From assembly GCA_015680685.1 (NCBI GenBank), contig MNCI01001177.1, positions 147,412 through 211,411 of the forward strand: a stretch of DNA of 64,000 bases. Direction: 5' to 3'. The position numbers were made by a program, and so were the translations under genes. The notes under the pieces are model-generated. The model was not told the DNA's origin. It was given only the letters and a program-made list of their open reading frames with translations, and made no database searches. The DNA comes from Gnetum montanum (taxonomy: Eukaryota; Plantae; Gnetophyta). This document shows, piece after piece, positions 1 through 13,100 of this stretch. Each line of letters starts with the position of its first letter. The first letter of the stretch is position 1.

Positions 1-459
1 GCGTCTCATCAATAAGGGTGGCCTTTGTGTGATCCATGATGACCACCGTCACCTTGGCTAAGGCAATTTCCATTGCAACACATAGCAAAACAATGTTAGC
101 ATCATGCAAATAAAGTAAACTAAAAGGCATACACATGCAAGCACATGAGCCAAAACATAGCTACGCATGTGGCACAAATACGGTGTGAGATGGGGGTGGT
201 GTCGTAAACACCTTATTAGTGTTAATTTCACCAGCAACCCACTCCTCATCCAACTAATCACGGATCCTACATCACTCGTATGTCTTTAGGTGTTAGAAAA
301 TGTAGGCCTCTAGATCGTGCCCCACCTACTCAATCATGGTTTCCCAAACATTTGTGGTAGACAAGAACACCTCCAGGGCAATGCAAGTTAAGGCTAGAGC
401 ATTTGCCTCATCATGCAAGCCATCCTCATCAACTCTGAATTTGGCAATTAACCATATAA

Positions 460-972
460 CCATTAGTAATTTAATGAACAAGTAGCGAAGAACACTGCAT
501 AAGCCATAGAAGCGCTTACCCTCCAACGTAGTAAACAATTCTAGGTGGGTTTTGGAATAGAGTATCCAATGTTGTGTGATAAAAACATTGTTGCTTTTAT
601 TGTAACAAGCAAGTCCCATCATGCGCCATACTATGGATAATTGTTAAACGCTTCTAGGATCTTTGCCTAAGCCTCCTGCCCCATCAACATTTGTAGCGAG
701 CTCATCTAAGACAAATTTCAAGATGTTCTAGTTAGCCTCAGGTAACAACATCTTAGTGATGGGTCTAGCAGCGTCCATTGCCAAGTGTGACCACATCATT
801 ACACTAAATTTTTGTAATAGGTATTCCATTAACTCCTGAGCTCTTGGTTGGAACCACACCGCCTTATGGTCCACTTGCATATTTGGTGTAATTGTGTTAG
901 GGATACATTTGTGTATGCAACATAGGATGCCCACAAGCTCAACCACTATCAAAATAAGCTTTAGCAACACCC
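460..972 (-). pseudogene. Decayed FCP1/NIF (HAD phosphatase)-like domain
   Basis: Minus-strand segments KLILIVVELVGIL..VWFQPRAQELMEYLLQKFSVMMWS and QLSIVWR..YNKSNNVFI occur in the order of the NIF consensus (LLVLDLNG..KRP..FL..F.V.VWSS..L..VW..Y..SNTLL). Stop codons present and catalytic Asp residues lost. Confidence 0.45.
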
Positions 973-2221
973 TGCAATTATCAAGTAATAAGTAAGGCAT
1001 TAGTATACACAAATAGAGGCAAAAATTTGATATACACGTTATAAATTATTAACATAAATTAGTACAAATGCAAGTTTGGCAATACACCTTGAGGCTCCGT
1101 GGGTGTAGGATGTTGCTTAACCCGTTCGATGTGCCTGGCACCCACTAGGGTATAACACATTTTTATAGGCTTAGCACTACGTTTTGCAAGTTTAGCATTG
1201 TGCATAGTTAACAAAATTTTGGCAAAATTTTACTAACTCTGGACTACCTCAATGGAGAGCGTAGTCCGAAAAAGGTAAAATTTTAACTAACTTTGGACTA
1301 TCCTAGTGGAGAGCATAGTCCCGAAAAAATAGACATTTTAGTAGACACATTTTGGCTAACATTTGGCAAGATAGACATTCCAGCTAACACTTAGTAGACT
1401 ACGCTCATGGCTATGGAGAGCGTAGTCTCCCCATGGCACCACACCCAGCACCCCACTTTGCCCCATCACTATGGTAGGTCGCACCTCCATCGCTACCCCC
1501 AAAAAAACACAAAAAAAGAGAGGAAAAGAATAGGGATAGTGTGTAGTAGTAGTTGCAGCTCCTTGGGGTTGTGCTACGGTCCACGACGGTGGCCACGGCC
1601 TTTGTTGCTATGCCATAGTGCACAGGGCTCCAAGCCCTATGCCCACCAAATTTTCTTTCAAAAAGGAAGAGAGAGAAATGCCACAGAATCCTATCCCCAT
1701 AGTGCCCACACTAGTGTCTCCATTGTTGCTGAAACCTAGCACTAATTATGATCATTCTGCACAAATTGCGATGGTGGCTACGATCCTTGCAATTGTGCCA
1801 TGGTGTGCAAGGTGTGGGGCCCTAAGCCTTGGGCCAAAGAAGAGAAGCTCAAACCTCATGCTCTAAGAGGAGCAAAAGAAAAATGTAGGGACAAACCCTC
1901 GCCTCACTTCTTGCCCCCATAGAAAATCATCCCTAGTTGTTGCCAAAACCTTGGCGTCCTCTACAATCATGTTGCATGGAGCCCAATGGTGATTGCGGCT
2001 CCTATAGCCACGATCCAGCCCACGATGATATGCAGCCTTAGGGCTTGTAGCCTTAAGCCTTGCGCTGTGCATAGAATGCCTAATGCTTGCGGCCTTCAAA
2101 CCCTATGTAGCCCCCAAGCCTTGCGAAGCATTAAACTTGCACAACTCCAGAACCCCACACATGCCAAAACCCTATGTAAGTAACCTGTGTGTGATCCTAG
2201 ACCTTGCAACCATACCATAAT

Positions 2222-2838
2222 TGATGGGACGCGATATCGCATGGGCCGTGATATCGCGTACACGATGTATCGTACGCGATATCGCGTCTTCTCCTGCGAT
2301 ATTGCATACGCGATATCGCGTCCCGCCACCATATCTATAAATAAGAGGCGGCACTCCCTTCATTTCCCAATCCTGGCTAGNNNNNNNNNNNNNNNNNNNN
2401 NNNNNNNNNNNNNNNNNNNNNNNNNNNNNNNNNNNNNNNNNNNNNNNNNNNNNNNNNNNNNNNNNNNNNNNNNNNNNNNNNNNNNNNNNNNNNNNNNNNN
2501 NNNNNNNNNNNNNNNNNNNNNNNNNNNNNNNNNNNNNNNNNNNNNNNNNNNNNNNNNNNNNNNNNNNNNNNNNNNNNNNNNNNNNNNNNNNNNNNNNNNN
2601 NNNNNNNNNNNNNNNNNNNNNNNNNNNNNNNNNNNNNNNNNNNNNNNNNNNNNNNNNNNNNNNNNNNNNNNNNNNNNNNNNNNNNNNNNNNNNNNNNNNN
2701 NNNNNNNNNNNNNNNNNNNNNNNNNNNNNNNNNNNNNNNNNNNNNNNTGTAGGCACTTAGTCTACGGAGTTCAACCGAATTGCGCGTGTAACGCTCGTAT
2801 TCATATGGTTGAGTGTAGGGGTACCTCGCCACTCATCA
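2222..2838 (+). mobile_element. Athila-type solo LTR (or gap-collapsed element)
   Basis: TGAT...CCACTCATCA termini; perfect 5-bp TSD ATAAT at 2217-2221 and 2839-2843; TATA (tctataaata) near 2335; 3' end matches the LTRs ending at 44701 and 50018; internal N gap. Confidence 0.85.
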
Positions 2839-3949
2839 ATAATGAAAAGAAAAATGCATAGCAAAACCCTTATTTTCCAAAGCCTTACATAGTCCCAAAT
2901 TCTCCCCTTGCACAACCCTAGAGGACCCAAATGAAAAAATGCAACCCTTGTAGCTGCACTGCACAACATGGCAATGGTTGCTATGGGTTGCATCATGCAG
3001 CATGGTGGTGGTCGCTATGGGCTATACTAAAGGCCTAAGACCCTATAAAACCCTCCCAACAATTGCACCATGTCGTAGGTAACACGCAGCTGTGGCAAGG
3101 CATATAAGGCAATACCATGGGACTACGCTCCTTAAAATGTCTAAAACGCTCGCCAAGGAAGAAACCACGATAAGTAGAAAATGAGCCAAAGGGGAGAGTG
3201 TAGTCAGTATACCTGGCTGACGCAAACAACCTCCTCTCCTCCACGTACGTCTACGGTAGGCAGCTCAATGTCCTCTCCCCCTAAGCAACATTCGCCAACC
3301 TTGGGTAAAGGTGTCCACTTCGGCACATCATCTTTCCCCCAACTATGCTCTCTACTAATAGTGATGGTTGAAGCAGTAGCAAGACTACGTTTACAACATC
3401 ACAGTGAAATGACAAAAATGACAAGTTGCCATGATAAAACTATGTCTATATACCTCCCAAGGGTCATTTAATGATCCACCAACCTAGGACTACACTTCAC
3501 ACAAAATTCCCAATGGAGAGCGAAGTTGGGTAAGAGCATAGTCGACTATACTTAGCCCAAAACCTTAATTTCTATTGGCTTGCAAATGCATGAGTTAGTT
3601 CCACTCCCAAGAATGATTGACCCTCCCTGGAATGACATGTTTGACATCCGTGGCTTACCAAGGCCCAAAACTTGCACAAACATGTTTACCTCCCATAGCA
3701 ACTCACATGCATACTTAGACAAATTTCATTGGATTGCTTTTTCTCCCATTTTTACATATTAACTTTGTTAAGATAGGTGCCACTTGACATTTTTCTAATT
3801 TATTTTGTAGGAAGATGACATGGCTATGTAATAGCAGATCCTCATGGGACCTTATGGCGACATTAAGCGATGCATTGATCCTCATTGCCTAGACCTCGAG
3901 CCTATAGCTTACAACAAATACATTGCATTTGTAAAAGCACCACTAGACT

Positions 3950-6640
3950 AGCTTGACCATCTAGTTAAGGCTCTTGATCTAGAGGCAAGAAATGTCACAG
4001 AGGATCCCCTTATTGAAATCCCTGCGGCAACACATAACAACGAGGTGAGAACGTTAAAACTAAGTTCTTTGCTAGAACCTTAGTATGATCAAGACATCAC
4101 TATAGTGCTTAACAATAATATCGAAGTGTTTTCATGGTCATACGAGGACATGATCCTTAGCTAGTCCAACACAACATCATACTTGATCCTTGCATCAAAC
4201 CAGTTAAGTAGAAAGCGTGCAAGGTCAGAGCTGAGGTGTCATTGGCAGTTTGTGATGAGATCACCAAGCTTTACAAAGTTGGTTTCATTTGGGTTGTTGA
4301 CTATGCAAACTGGGTCTCCAACATCGTGGTTGTGCCTAAGAAAAATGGAAGTATATGCATTTGCATAGACTTTCAGGACCTAAATAAGGCAACCATCAAA
4401 GTTGACTTCCCATTGCGTAGTATCGATCAATTGATCGATACCATGGTTGGGCATGCCTTGTTATCCTTCATGGACGGGTTCTTAGGCTACAACCAGTTAG
4501 GATCAACTTTAAGCACCAACTTAGTACAACCTTCATGACCCCCTAGGGTACGTTTTACTCCACATTAATGCCTTTTGGACTAAAAAATGTAGGAGCAACA
4601 TATTAATGCCCAATGATATACATCTTTAGTGATTACATGCTAAGTTTAGGGTATGTAGCTGATATTGTGATTAAGTCCAAAGTGGTCCACAACTACACAA
4701 ATGATTTAGACTTAGTGCTTAAATGTTGCTTAAAACACGAGCTCAGGCTAAACCCCAAGAAGTGTGTTTTTGGCGTCAAGACGGGTAGGATGCTCAACTT
4801 CGTAGTATCCAAAGTAGGTATACACGTAGATCCCAACAAGGTTAAGGCTAGAACCAACTTAGCGTTGTTGGCTAACCTTAATGAGCTATGAGGGTTTCAA
4901 GGTAGAGTACAATTTATACGTAGGTTTATTGTTGGGTTAACCAACAAGTTACAAACAATGCAACATTTGCTCAAAAAAGGAGTCCATTTCGAGTCGACAA
5001 CTCAGTGCCAACAAGCGTTCAACAACACAAGCAAGAATTAGCACAATTGCCTATGATTCACCTTCCACAAGGAGATAAGCCTTTCTACATCTACCTTGCT
5101 ACTTCTAACACATCCATCGCTTCTTTGCTTTGCCAAAAGCAAAATGATGATGTGGAGGTCTCGGTCGACTACATAAGTCATGCGTTAGTAGCCCATGAAA
5201 CAAGATACAATGATGTGGAGAAGTATTGCCTTGCCCTAGTCTTCTCACTAGAGAAGTGGAGGCATTACCTTTTCTACAGCCAGGTTAACATCATTTGCAA
5301 GAACAATGTACTTTGAGCTATAACAATGAATATTTATGAAAGTAGTCGCATTGCACAGTGGAAACCAATAACAGTAGAGTTTGACTTGCATTATGTCATG
5401 CAAGCTTTAACGAAAGGTCAAGCTATAGTTGCACAATTCATAGCTTCACCAGTAGACAATCCATCTACTATAGACTCTGAGTTCCCAGACAAGTATGTTA
5501 GCAGTATTAGCCAAGTGCCTAATAACTATGAGGCACTCTTGCATTTTGACGAAGCTTCAACCTCTTGAGGGGATAGCACCATCACTATTATCATGCTTCC
5601 CTTCGAGAAGATCCAACTCTTCACATATCATTTCACATTTCCTTGCACCAACAACATGGTGGAGTACAAAGATCTCCTTTGAGGCATCCTTGCATTACGT
5701 GACCTAGGAATCCAACACATAGTAATCCGAGGTGATTCACAACTAGTGGTCAATTAGGTAACAGAGGTTGACGTCTATAAAGCACAAAATTTATAGCCTT
5801 ACTATGACCTTGCAAAACACTTGCTCCAACACTTTGCAATTGCTGATGTCCAACATATCCCTCGAAGCAAAAATGCCATTGCCAATGCACTTGCAACGTT
5901 AGCCCTTAGCATAGTGCCTAGCATGTTCGATGCATTGCCCACCTTAGTAGTAGATTGCATTACACCTATCATGCAAACCATCAAAGATGTATCCATAGCC
6001 ATATTCAGTGCCACTCACGCAAAAGAGTGGTACGACGATATCAAGGCCTACCTTCTACAAGGTGAGCCTTCGTAACACTTAACTATTGCTCAAAAGGACA
6101 CAATACGCAAACACTCGTAGCATACGTTATTGTACATGATAACATGTTATGTTGCAAATCCTACGACGACATATTGCTAACTTGCGTAAGTGAAAATGAA
6201 GCAAAAATAATTGTTGAGCAAGTCCACGAAGGACTGTGTAGAGGTCACATAGCACCTAGGGCAATGGCAGCAAAAATTAGACGGCTAGGCTACTATTGGC
6301 CTTACATGGAAAGCAATTGCGTCTTGAAAGTCAAAATATGTGACACTTGTCAGCGACATAGCAACTTAATGCATGTGCCATCAATTGAATTGCACACAAC
6401 ACAAATCACGTGGCTATTCTAACGCTGTGGCTTGGACATTATTGGACCCATAACACCTAAGTCCTCTGTAGGCCATAGCTTTATAATAATTGCAATAGAA
6501 TATTTCATCAAGTGGGTTGAAGCTATTCCCCTTAGGAAGACAACTTCAGAGCAGGTTTGCAAGTTTGTGTTGAACAACATAGTGACCTGTTTTAGCTTAA
6601 CCATGACCATAGTGATAGAAAATGGACCGCAGTGCTATTG
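3950..6640 (+). mobile_element. Ty3/gypsy Tat-lineage pol pseudogene (RT-RH-aRH-INT), 3' truncated
   Basis: RT WVSNIVVVPKKNG..CIDFQDLN..SFMDGFLGYNQ; RH YIYLATS..EKYCLALV; second RNase H LHFD..TNNMVEY..RGDSQLV..HIPRSKNAIANALA; INT HEG..GH, CDTCQ, LDIIGP, KWVEA; ends at IENGPQ; many stops and frameshifts. Confidence 0.9.
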
Positions 6641-9137
6641 AATGACCCTATGCTTTTTGGAAGCCACAAATTCCAACCAATTATTTTTTTTTCAAGATGC
6701 CTTCTTGATGACTCTCTACCTTTTAGTAACCTCAAACTCTAAGCAATTCTTCTCTTCCAGAAGGTTTAAATGGCTTGCTATTGGGATTGTGGGAGAGTGC
6801 TAGTTGCATTGTCTTATAGTTTATAATGCACACTAGAAGATGCGAGCACATGCGAGTCGCAGTTTGACATTGTTAGCATGAGTATGCATTCATATCAACA
6901 TGAAACACAAACACATCCATGAGCATAATGACACATTATCCATGTTCATAGACAACATAGAGCTATGCCCTCACCAACCACTTCATAGGCTTTGTAATTC
7001 CCTAACGGAAACAACGATAACCTTGTCTATCAAGGACAATTATAAATTCGTGGTTTTGGCCCATGCCGTTCTCGAACCGAACAAAGTAGTGCTTGGTTAT
7101 GGACGACGAAAACGAACGCGGATGGTATGCTCGTGCTCGTGATTCGTGAAAACTCTAAAATCCCTCTCTACCAGTCCCCTCCGCCAAATTCGGTCCTCGG
7201 TTTAATAACTGTCAATGTAACATTTATTTATTCTTATCAGTTACTTCTCCCGCCCTTAGAAGGCACCTGCTTCACTTGTGTGGCATTATCGTGGCCCAGC
7301 CGCAGCCAGCGTAATGGATGGATTCATACTTACGGTCGTGTATTGATTGATAGATATTGATCCGCAGTCGAACTTGTGTAATTGAGAATCTGGTTCAGAT
7401 CATCGACCGTGGTAAGCTTTGACAGCGAAATTCTTAGCACAATTGATTACTTCACTTTACTTTGAATATGTAAAATTGGAGAATGAGGATACCTTGAAAA
7501 TGCAAAAATGAAGAATGAAAACACAGAACTGAAAGAAAACACAGATTCTATTAATTGATTTAGAAGTCGTACCATCATACTGGATTGTCGTTGCGATTAT
7601 ACTATAACGATGTACGTAAACTGGAACTGCGATTTATACTTGTTACTTTTCAGGGACACCTTATTTTGTGTTGCAATGATTCTATCACTCTTATCATAAA
7701 TTTATAATCATATTTTGATGACCCTAACGTTTATTTTTGCATGCAAATATCTTGTAATGTCGGGATATGATGAGAATGGACGATCCAGGGTAGCCGAAGA
7801 TCTGAACAGATTGCTTATTTCCCGTTTGTTACACCAAGACCCTGTTATTTAAAGCCGAGACGCGTTACTGCGAACTCACACTATTCGCTCTCGTACGCCA
7901 CAATCTGTCATTTCGTTGAAACATTCTACCTTGCAAAGTATCATTGTAGTGACATGCGACGTCATTCAAACAGGAATTACGTTGTCTTGAAAAGTTTTCA
8001 GGTGCCGTGTTGATTTACAACATCATTTATTCCTTTGTTGAAAGTTTGTCGTAGTAGATACAATCCAAGGAGTTGGCTAACTTGGTTCTTCTGAACAGTT
8101 ATTGCTTATTTCTTGTGGCGCTTATAAGTGCAAATATTATTAACATATGGCTTTGTTTAGTTTTAAACGAAAAGGATTACCTCTCAAAATTTATTTTTGT
8201 CTGAAGAGCTGTGTGTTTTTGGTGTATAGAGGATTTCAATATACGTTTTTTTAACAATGCGCTTGTTTAATCTTTAAAATCGTAATATTATTTGGTGATA
8301 TGAGGCACAGAAAGGCAACATTAGTTACCGAATGAATGTTAATCGAATTTTATTTCCGTTAAGGATTTCGTCCCTCTTTTGTTCCGAGAGGACTCCTGGA
8401 AGCAATAGGAAATGATAGGTGGACAGCTAAGGAATTTACAGTTTCTTTGGAGGAATGACAGCTAACGTCTATCATTGAAAGGCCATGAGATAGGGACCAT
8501 CTGTTTCAAAGGTCCTTACAACTTGGATATTGCCACTCTCCTTGAATTGAATTAATGAAAACCTTTTGCATGCATTAATAGAAAATCTGATGTAGTATAT
8601 AAACGGGGAGGTAGTTGATGCGTTGTTGGCCATGGTTGCTGTATTTCCGGAAAAGGCGGACCGGTATGCCATTATCGTTCGTCTGCCTTATTTCAAGGCA
8701 ATTTAACCTAACGCGAGGGGACACTACTGGCTTTTATCTTCGTCCTTGGTGGCTTCTGCATGCTCGGTTCGAGATAGGGCAACTGGACTTTAAAAATCAG
8801 AAAATTGATTGGTTATCTAATTCGGGTTCTTTAATTCTCTGACTGCGCATCTTTGTTCAGAGCTTGCGAAATCTTGGGGATCGTCACGTGTTCTGTATTT
8901 TCTTGCTCGTGCAAGAATGCCATTATCATGCTGAAGATGTGATGGCAGAGAATAGATATTTGGAAACAGGGACAATGCTGGCATGATTCCTGAAACTGAT
9001 GCTGAGGGTGCGACAAAATTTGGACTTTGGAGAGAATGAGAAATTAGAGTTTTGAACTTTGGATTACGGAGAGGAGTTTAAACGCTGTCATGAGGACTCT
9101 GGCAGGTACGTTAGACGGCATTTGAAGAATTGAGATA

Positions 9138-10109
9138 ATGGAAAGTTCCAGGGATTGGCAAATCCAAATTTCCATCGTAAAAGAGAGAAAAGTGAATCTT
9201 GAGATGCTTCCTGAGGAGACTTTGGAGTCAGCCTCCAGAGTTAATGATCATGATTACTCTGAGATCAGGTCCGTGAGCTTTGGAAATCGGTTCAGAAAGA
9301 ATATCCCAGAAAACGGATCTTCCTTTCAACCGTCACTGAAAAGCAGCGTGGAGAGTCATGCAGACAGCAAATGCATGAGTTGCGAGAGCTCGTTTGCCTT
9401 TGATGGCTCTGGAAGTTCCCACAACACAGAATGGAATGCAGGGGAAGAAAACCCTGAAACTGAGGATGAAAGTTCCGGGCCGGAACAAGGTTCTGAGAAG
9501 TCCAAAGAAAATCTCACAATTCTGGGAAGAACTTCTAGGGGCAGGACCCAGGTCCTGCCAGCTCGGTTCCGTGACTCAGTACTTGAGCACTGGATGAAGA
9601 TTCAGACGAAGGACATAAAGAAAGAAAGTAGTTTGTCAGGAGGTATTTGCAGACAGGATAACCATTCTGCTTCTGCGAAGGGACAGAAGAGTATGCTTGT
9701 TAACCCCTGTAATTCTGAGTCTAAAAGGGCAAAGAGGGAAACCATGGCCAGAATGCGCTTGAAATCACAAGAATGCAGAGTACCAGAATATCAGACAATT
9801 GAACCTGAAGTCTGCAAATTCTCAATCAAATCTGAACCTAGTTCCTGCGAATTCTTGGCGTCTAGGAAAGACTTTGGCTCAGCATGCAAGTCATCTGATA
9901 CTGCACCACAAGATTCTGAAGGGGCCAAAATCGAAGTAGGGGATATTGTTTGGGCAAATTGTCATTGGAGAAATTATTGTGAATGGCCTGCTAAAGTTGT
10001 TGATCCTTTAAAAGGTGTTCCTGATTCTGTGCTCAGTGTTTATGTTCCTGGGCATTTCTGCGTCAGATTTTTTGGCTTGGCGTCGGCGAGCATAATTCAG
10101 GATGAAAAG
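9138..10109 (+). CDS. ATX3: ATX3-like exon 1 (N-terminus and start of PWWP)
   Basis: Part of the 347-aa ORF; contains [15 protein letters not shown] and [14 protein letters not shown]; donor AAG|GTGTGT. Confidence 0.88.
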
Positions 10110-13100
10110 GTGTGTACTACTGTGAGAAATTCTTTTCTGTTCTGCAACTTGTTTTGTTTCTCGATAGTTTCCGTATTTTAATTTGGTCGTTACTGTCAAC
10201 TGTGAGTGCAGAGATACGCCTGGGTGAAACCAGAAATGATCTTTCCTTTCCTAGAATTTTTGGAAACGTAGGTCCTTAAATTAATGCATTACAACTTTCT
10301 TTGAAAGTTTGAGCAAAGAATGTTGCTTTTAAAGTCTTTACATAGGTTGTCATTGCATTGTAGATACGGCGGTCAAACGCTTATGGATGAAAGTACTTCA
10401 CATGATTTACGAATGGCAATTCACGAAGCTACTTTGGCCGAATATGGCTTTGAAAATGAAGAGAACGGCATGCCCGTGCGAACGAACTCCTGTATACTTG
10501 ACAGTCATGGAAAAACTTTTGAAGCTGCTGAATTGCACGATGCCGCCCAGATCTTTCTTCGGAACCAGGTGACATTGAACTATAAGTCTCCTGTAGTCTT
10601 CATGCTACACTTAGGGAAATGGAAGCCTTCGTTACATTTTCATTTAATTTCATTTTGGCACTTGCACGCTGATTGGTATGCAGGGGAGCTTTTGTCTTTT
10701 TCAGTCTGTTCCATACGCTATGCCCTTTTTATTATTTTCCCTGTTGTTTTATGAACAAGTACAAAGAATATGAAGGTAGAGTTCGGCCAAGAAGCAGGTA
10801 AAGTCGTGTGTCTTAAATGATCATCCAATCTGCAAAATAAAAAACAAATAATTTGAAATTATCATAATTATGGTACTTTCTTCCGTAATGATTCAAGTAA
10901 TTAGAAGACTTGGAGGTTGTTAATAAATATAATTTTATTTAGTTTTAAAAATATGATAAAACCAATCTTTTTGTTTTACTTAAGTTAAATCCAAAACCTT
11001 TTAGAAATCATGAAGGTATCTTTATGACCAACAAACTTGACTGACACCAACCTGAAGGAATATTTTTACTGTGCCTACTACTGGATGAGTAAGAGTTAAA
11101 CCTATGAATGCTGTTAACGAGATCTGCTCCATAAAACTGGAAAAATAAAAATCATATTTCCTTCCCAAATTCCTATTGAATTGCCCTGCAATAGGATTCG
11201 AAGAGTGGTTTTTAGGCATTGAAATTTGCAGATAGTGTCCTTTAAATCTTTTGGCACCTCCTAAACCAATCCTATGATATAATTTGTATTGTTGAATTTT
11301 CATGATGTCTGAATGTTTGAAAACATTGTAATTTTGTTGCATGTCATCCTGTGCGTTACAGGTTATCGAGCTGAGCAGATGTTACAGGCTTATGTATTAT
11401 TAATGTCATAAGGGTTTGTCATATGTATCTTTGGAATAAAAGAAGTTGACATATCAGTTTGGATTTATAAATAGCTGAAAGTGATGTTAATATTTATATG
11501 CACATTCCAAAAATGTCGTTGAAAGATTTCAAGTATTCCTCAGTTTGCATATTTTTGAATGTCCAACTTTTGCGAGAACTTCTTATTGTGTGCGCGCGTC
11601 CTTTTTTCCTTTTTTGGATTATGTTGACGATAAAGGGTAGCTGACCATTTGACTTTGGCAGCCTTTTAATAGGCAAGCGAGAATGATACCACACACACAC
11701 CTCTTAAATAATTTCACATCAAGAACAGCTTGTTGCTTGAAGATAAAATGTGTAGAGTGCAATGGTCCCTTAAAAAGCAAAGAAAAATTCTACTTGAGTT
11801 TGTAAATTGTCATGTTCCCAACTTCTAACTAAAACCTTATATAGCAAAGTGCATTTGACATGAGAGGATTTATCAGTCTGAATTCATTCCATCACAACAA
11901 TTGAATTTTCATTTCGATCAATATTTGCTGGATGCAACGCTTTTACATAATCTTATTAGGCTCGTTTGGTCCAGAGAATGATTGAATCTTTACCGTATTT
12001 TCCTTTCTGGGTGCTGTTGTAGGCGTTACACCGCAGAGATATATGTGACAGATGTAGCAGCTGTGGTGGTAGGCTTCCAGGAAAATGTGTTTCAAAACCG
12101 AAAGATGCTTCAAATAATGCAAATGTTATGTGTGCGTACTGTTTAAAGGTTGTTTATATAGTTATTGAATGCTAGATAATTACTTTTTACTGTATTTTTC
12201 CCACTGCCCTAGTTGTGTTAATTTCTGTTGTGTGCAGAGTGTCTGTGCTATGTTCCTAATATTTCTTAATACTGCGTATACTTTCATGACTTTATTACAG
12301 CTGTATAGGTTCAGACAATATTGTTGTGCATGCAAGAAAGTGTGGCTTCCCACAGATAAAAGAAGCTGGGTACTACTTATAAACTTATAGACTATGTTTT
12401 CTTTTGGCAGCCCTTCAAATATTATTTGAGAATCTTCAATTCTTTTTTATATTTATGTTCTTGAATTTTATAAGACCTGTTGGCTTGCAATTATTTTACA
12501 GATTAGATGCAATAAATGCAAATTTTGGATTCATGCTGGCTGTGGGAAACCGAACGTCAAGGATGTTGAGCTGGTGAGACTGATTAAGAACTATGAAGTC
12601 TAGTTTTGGAGTCGAAATTTTATCTTGAAAGTCTTGATCGTAATGAGCTGCAGGAGTCTGGTGCACTGTGTCCGGATTGCATGAATCCATCGATGAATAA
12701 AACAGTTCCCAAAAGAAATACTAAACGAAAGTAAGAGTTCATATGCAAATTCATTGATTATCTATGGTTCAAAGGATCTTTTAGGCCACCTTTCTAAACA
12801 TAACAGTTTGAAGATACTTTATAAACATTTCTTCAACATTTAGAGTTTTATAGTTCTCTGTGTGTGTGTGTGTTGATTTTTCCCCAACACCTGAAGGTTG
12901 ATTACGTGATTTTTAACATGTTCTGGTACTTTGTCTGACTTTCAGACAGAGAAATGGCCAAATTTGTGCCGCTCATGAATGAGTGCCTGTTGTTGGTGGA
13001 AAGGAAGCACATTACTTACCAAAGTATAATTGTTAGTGTCTTCAATATATGTTTGTTATCCTTGTCTATTACGTGTTCTAATGAAATTTTGATTGGTGAT

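Noticed and set aside
12980-12982. Selenocysteine or RNA-editing rescue of the TGA
   Set aside because: Land plants lack Sec decoding and U-to-C editing is organellar; the donor phase problem would also remain
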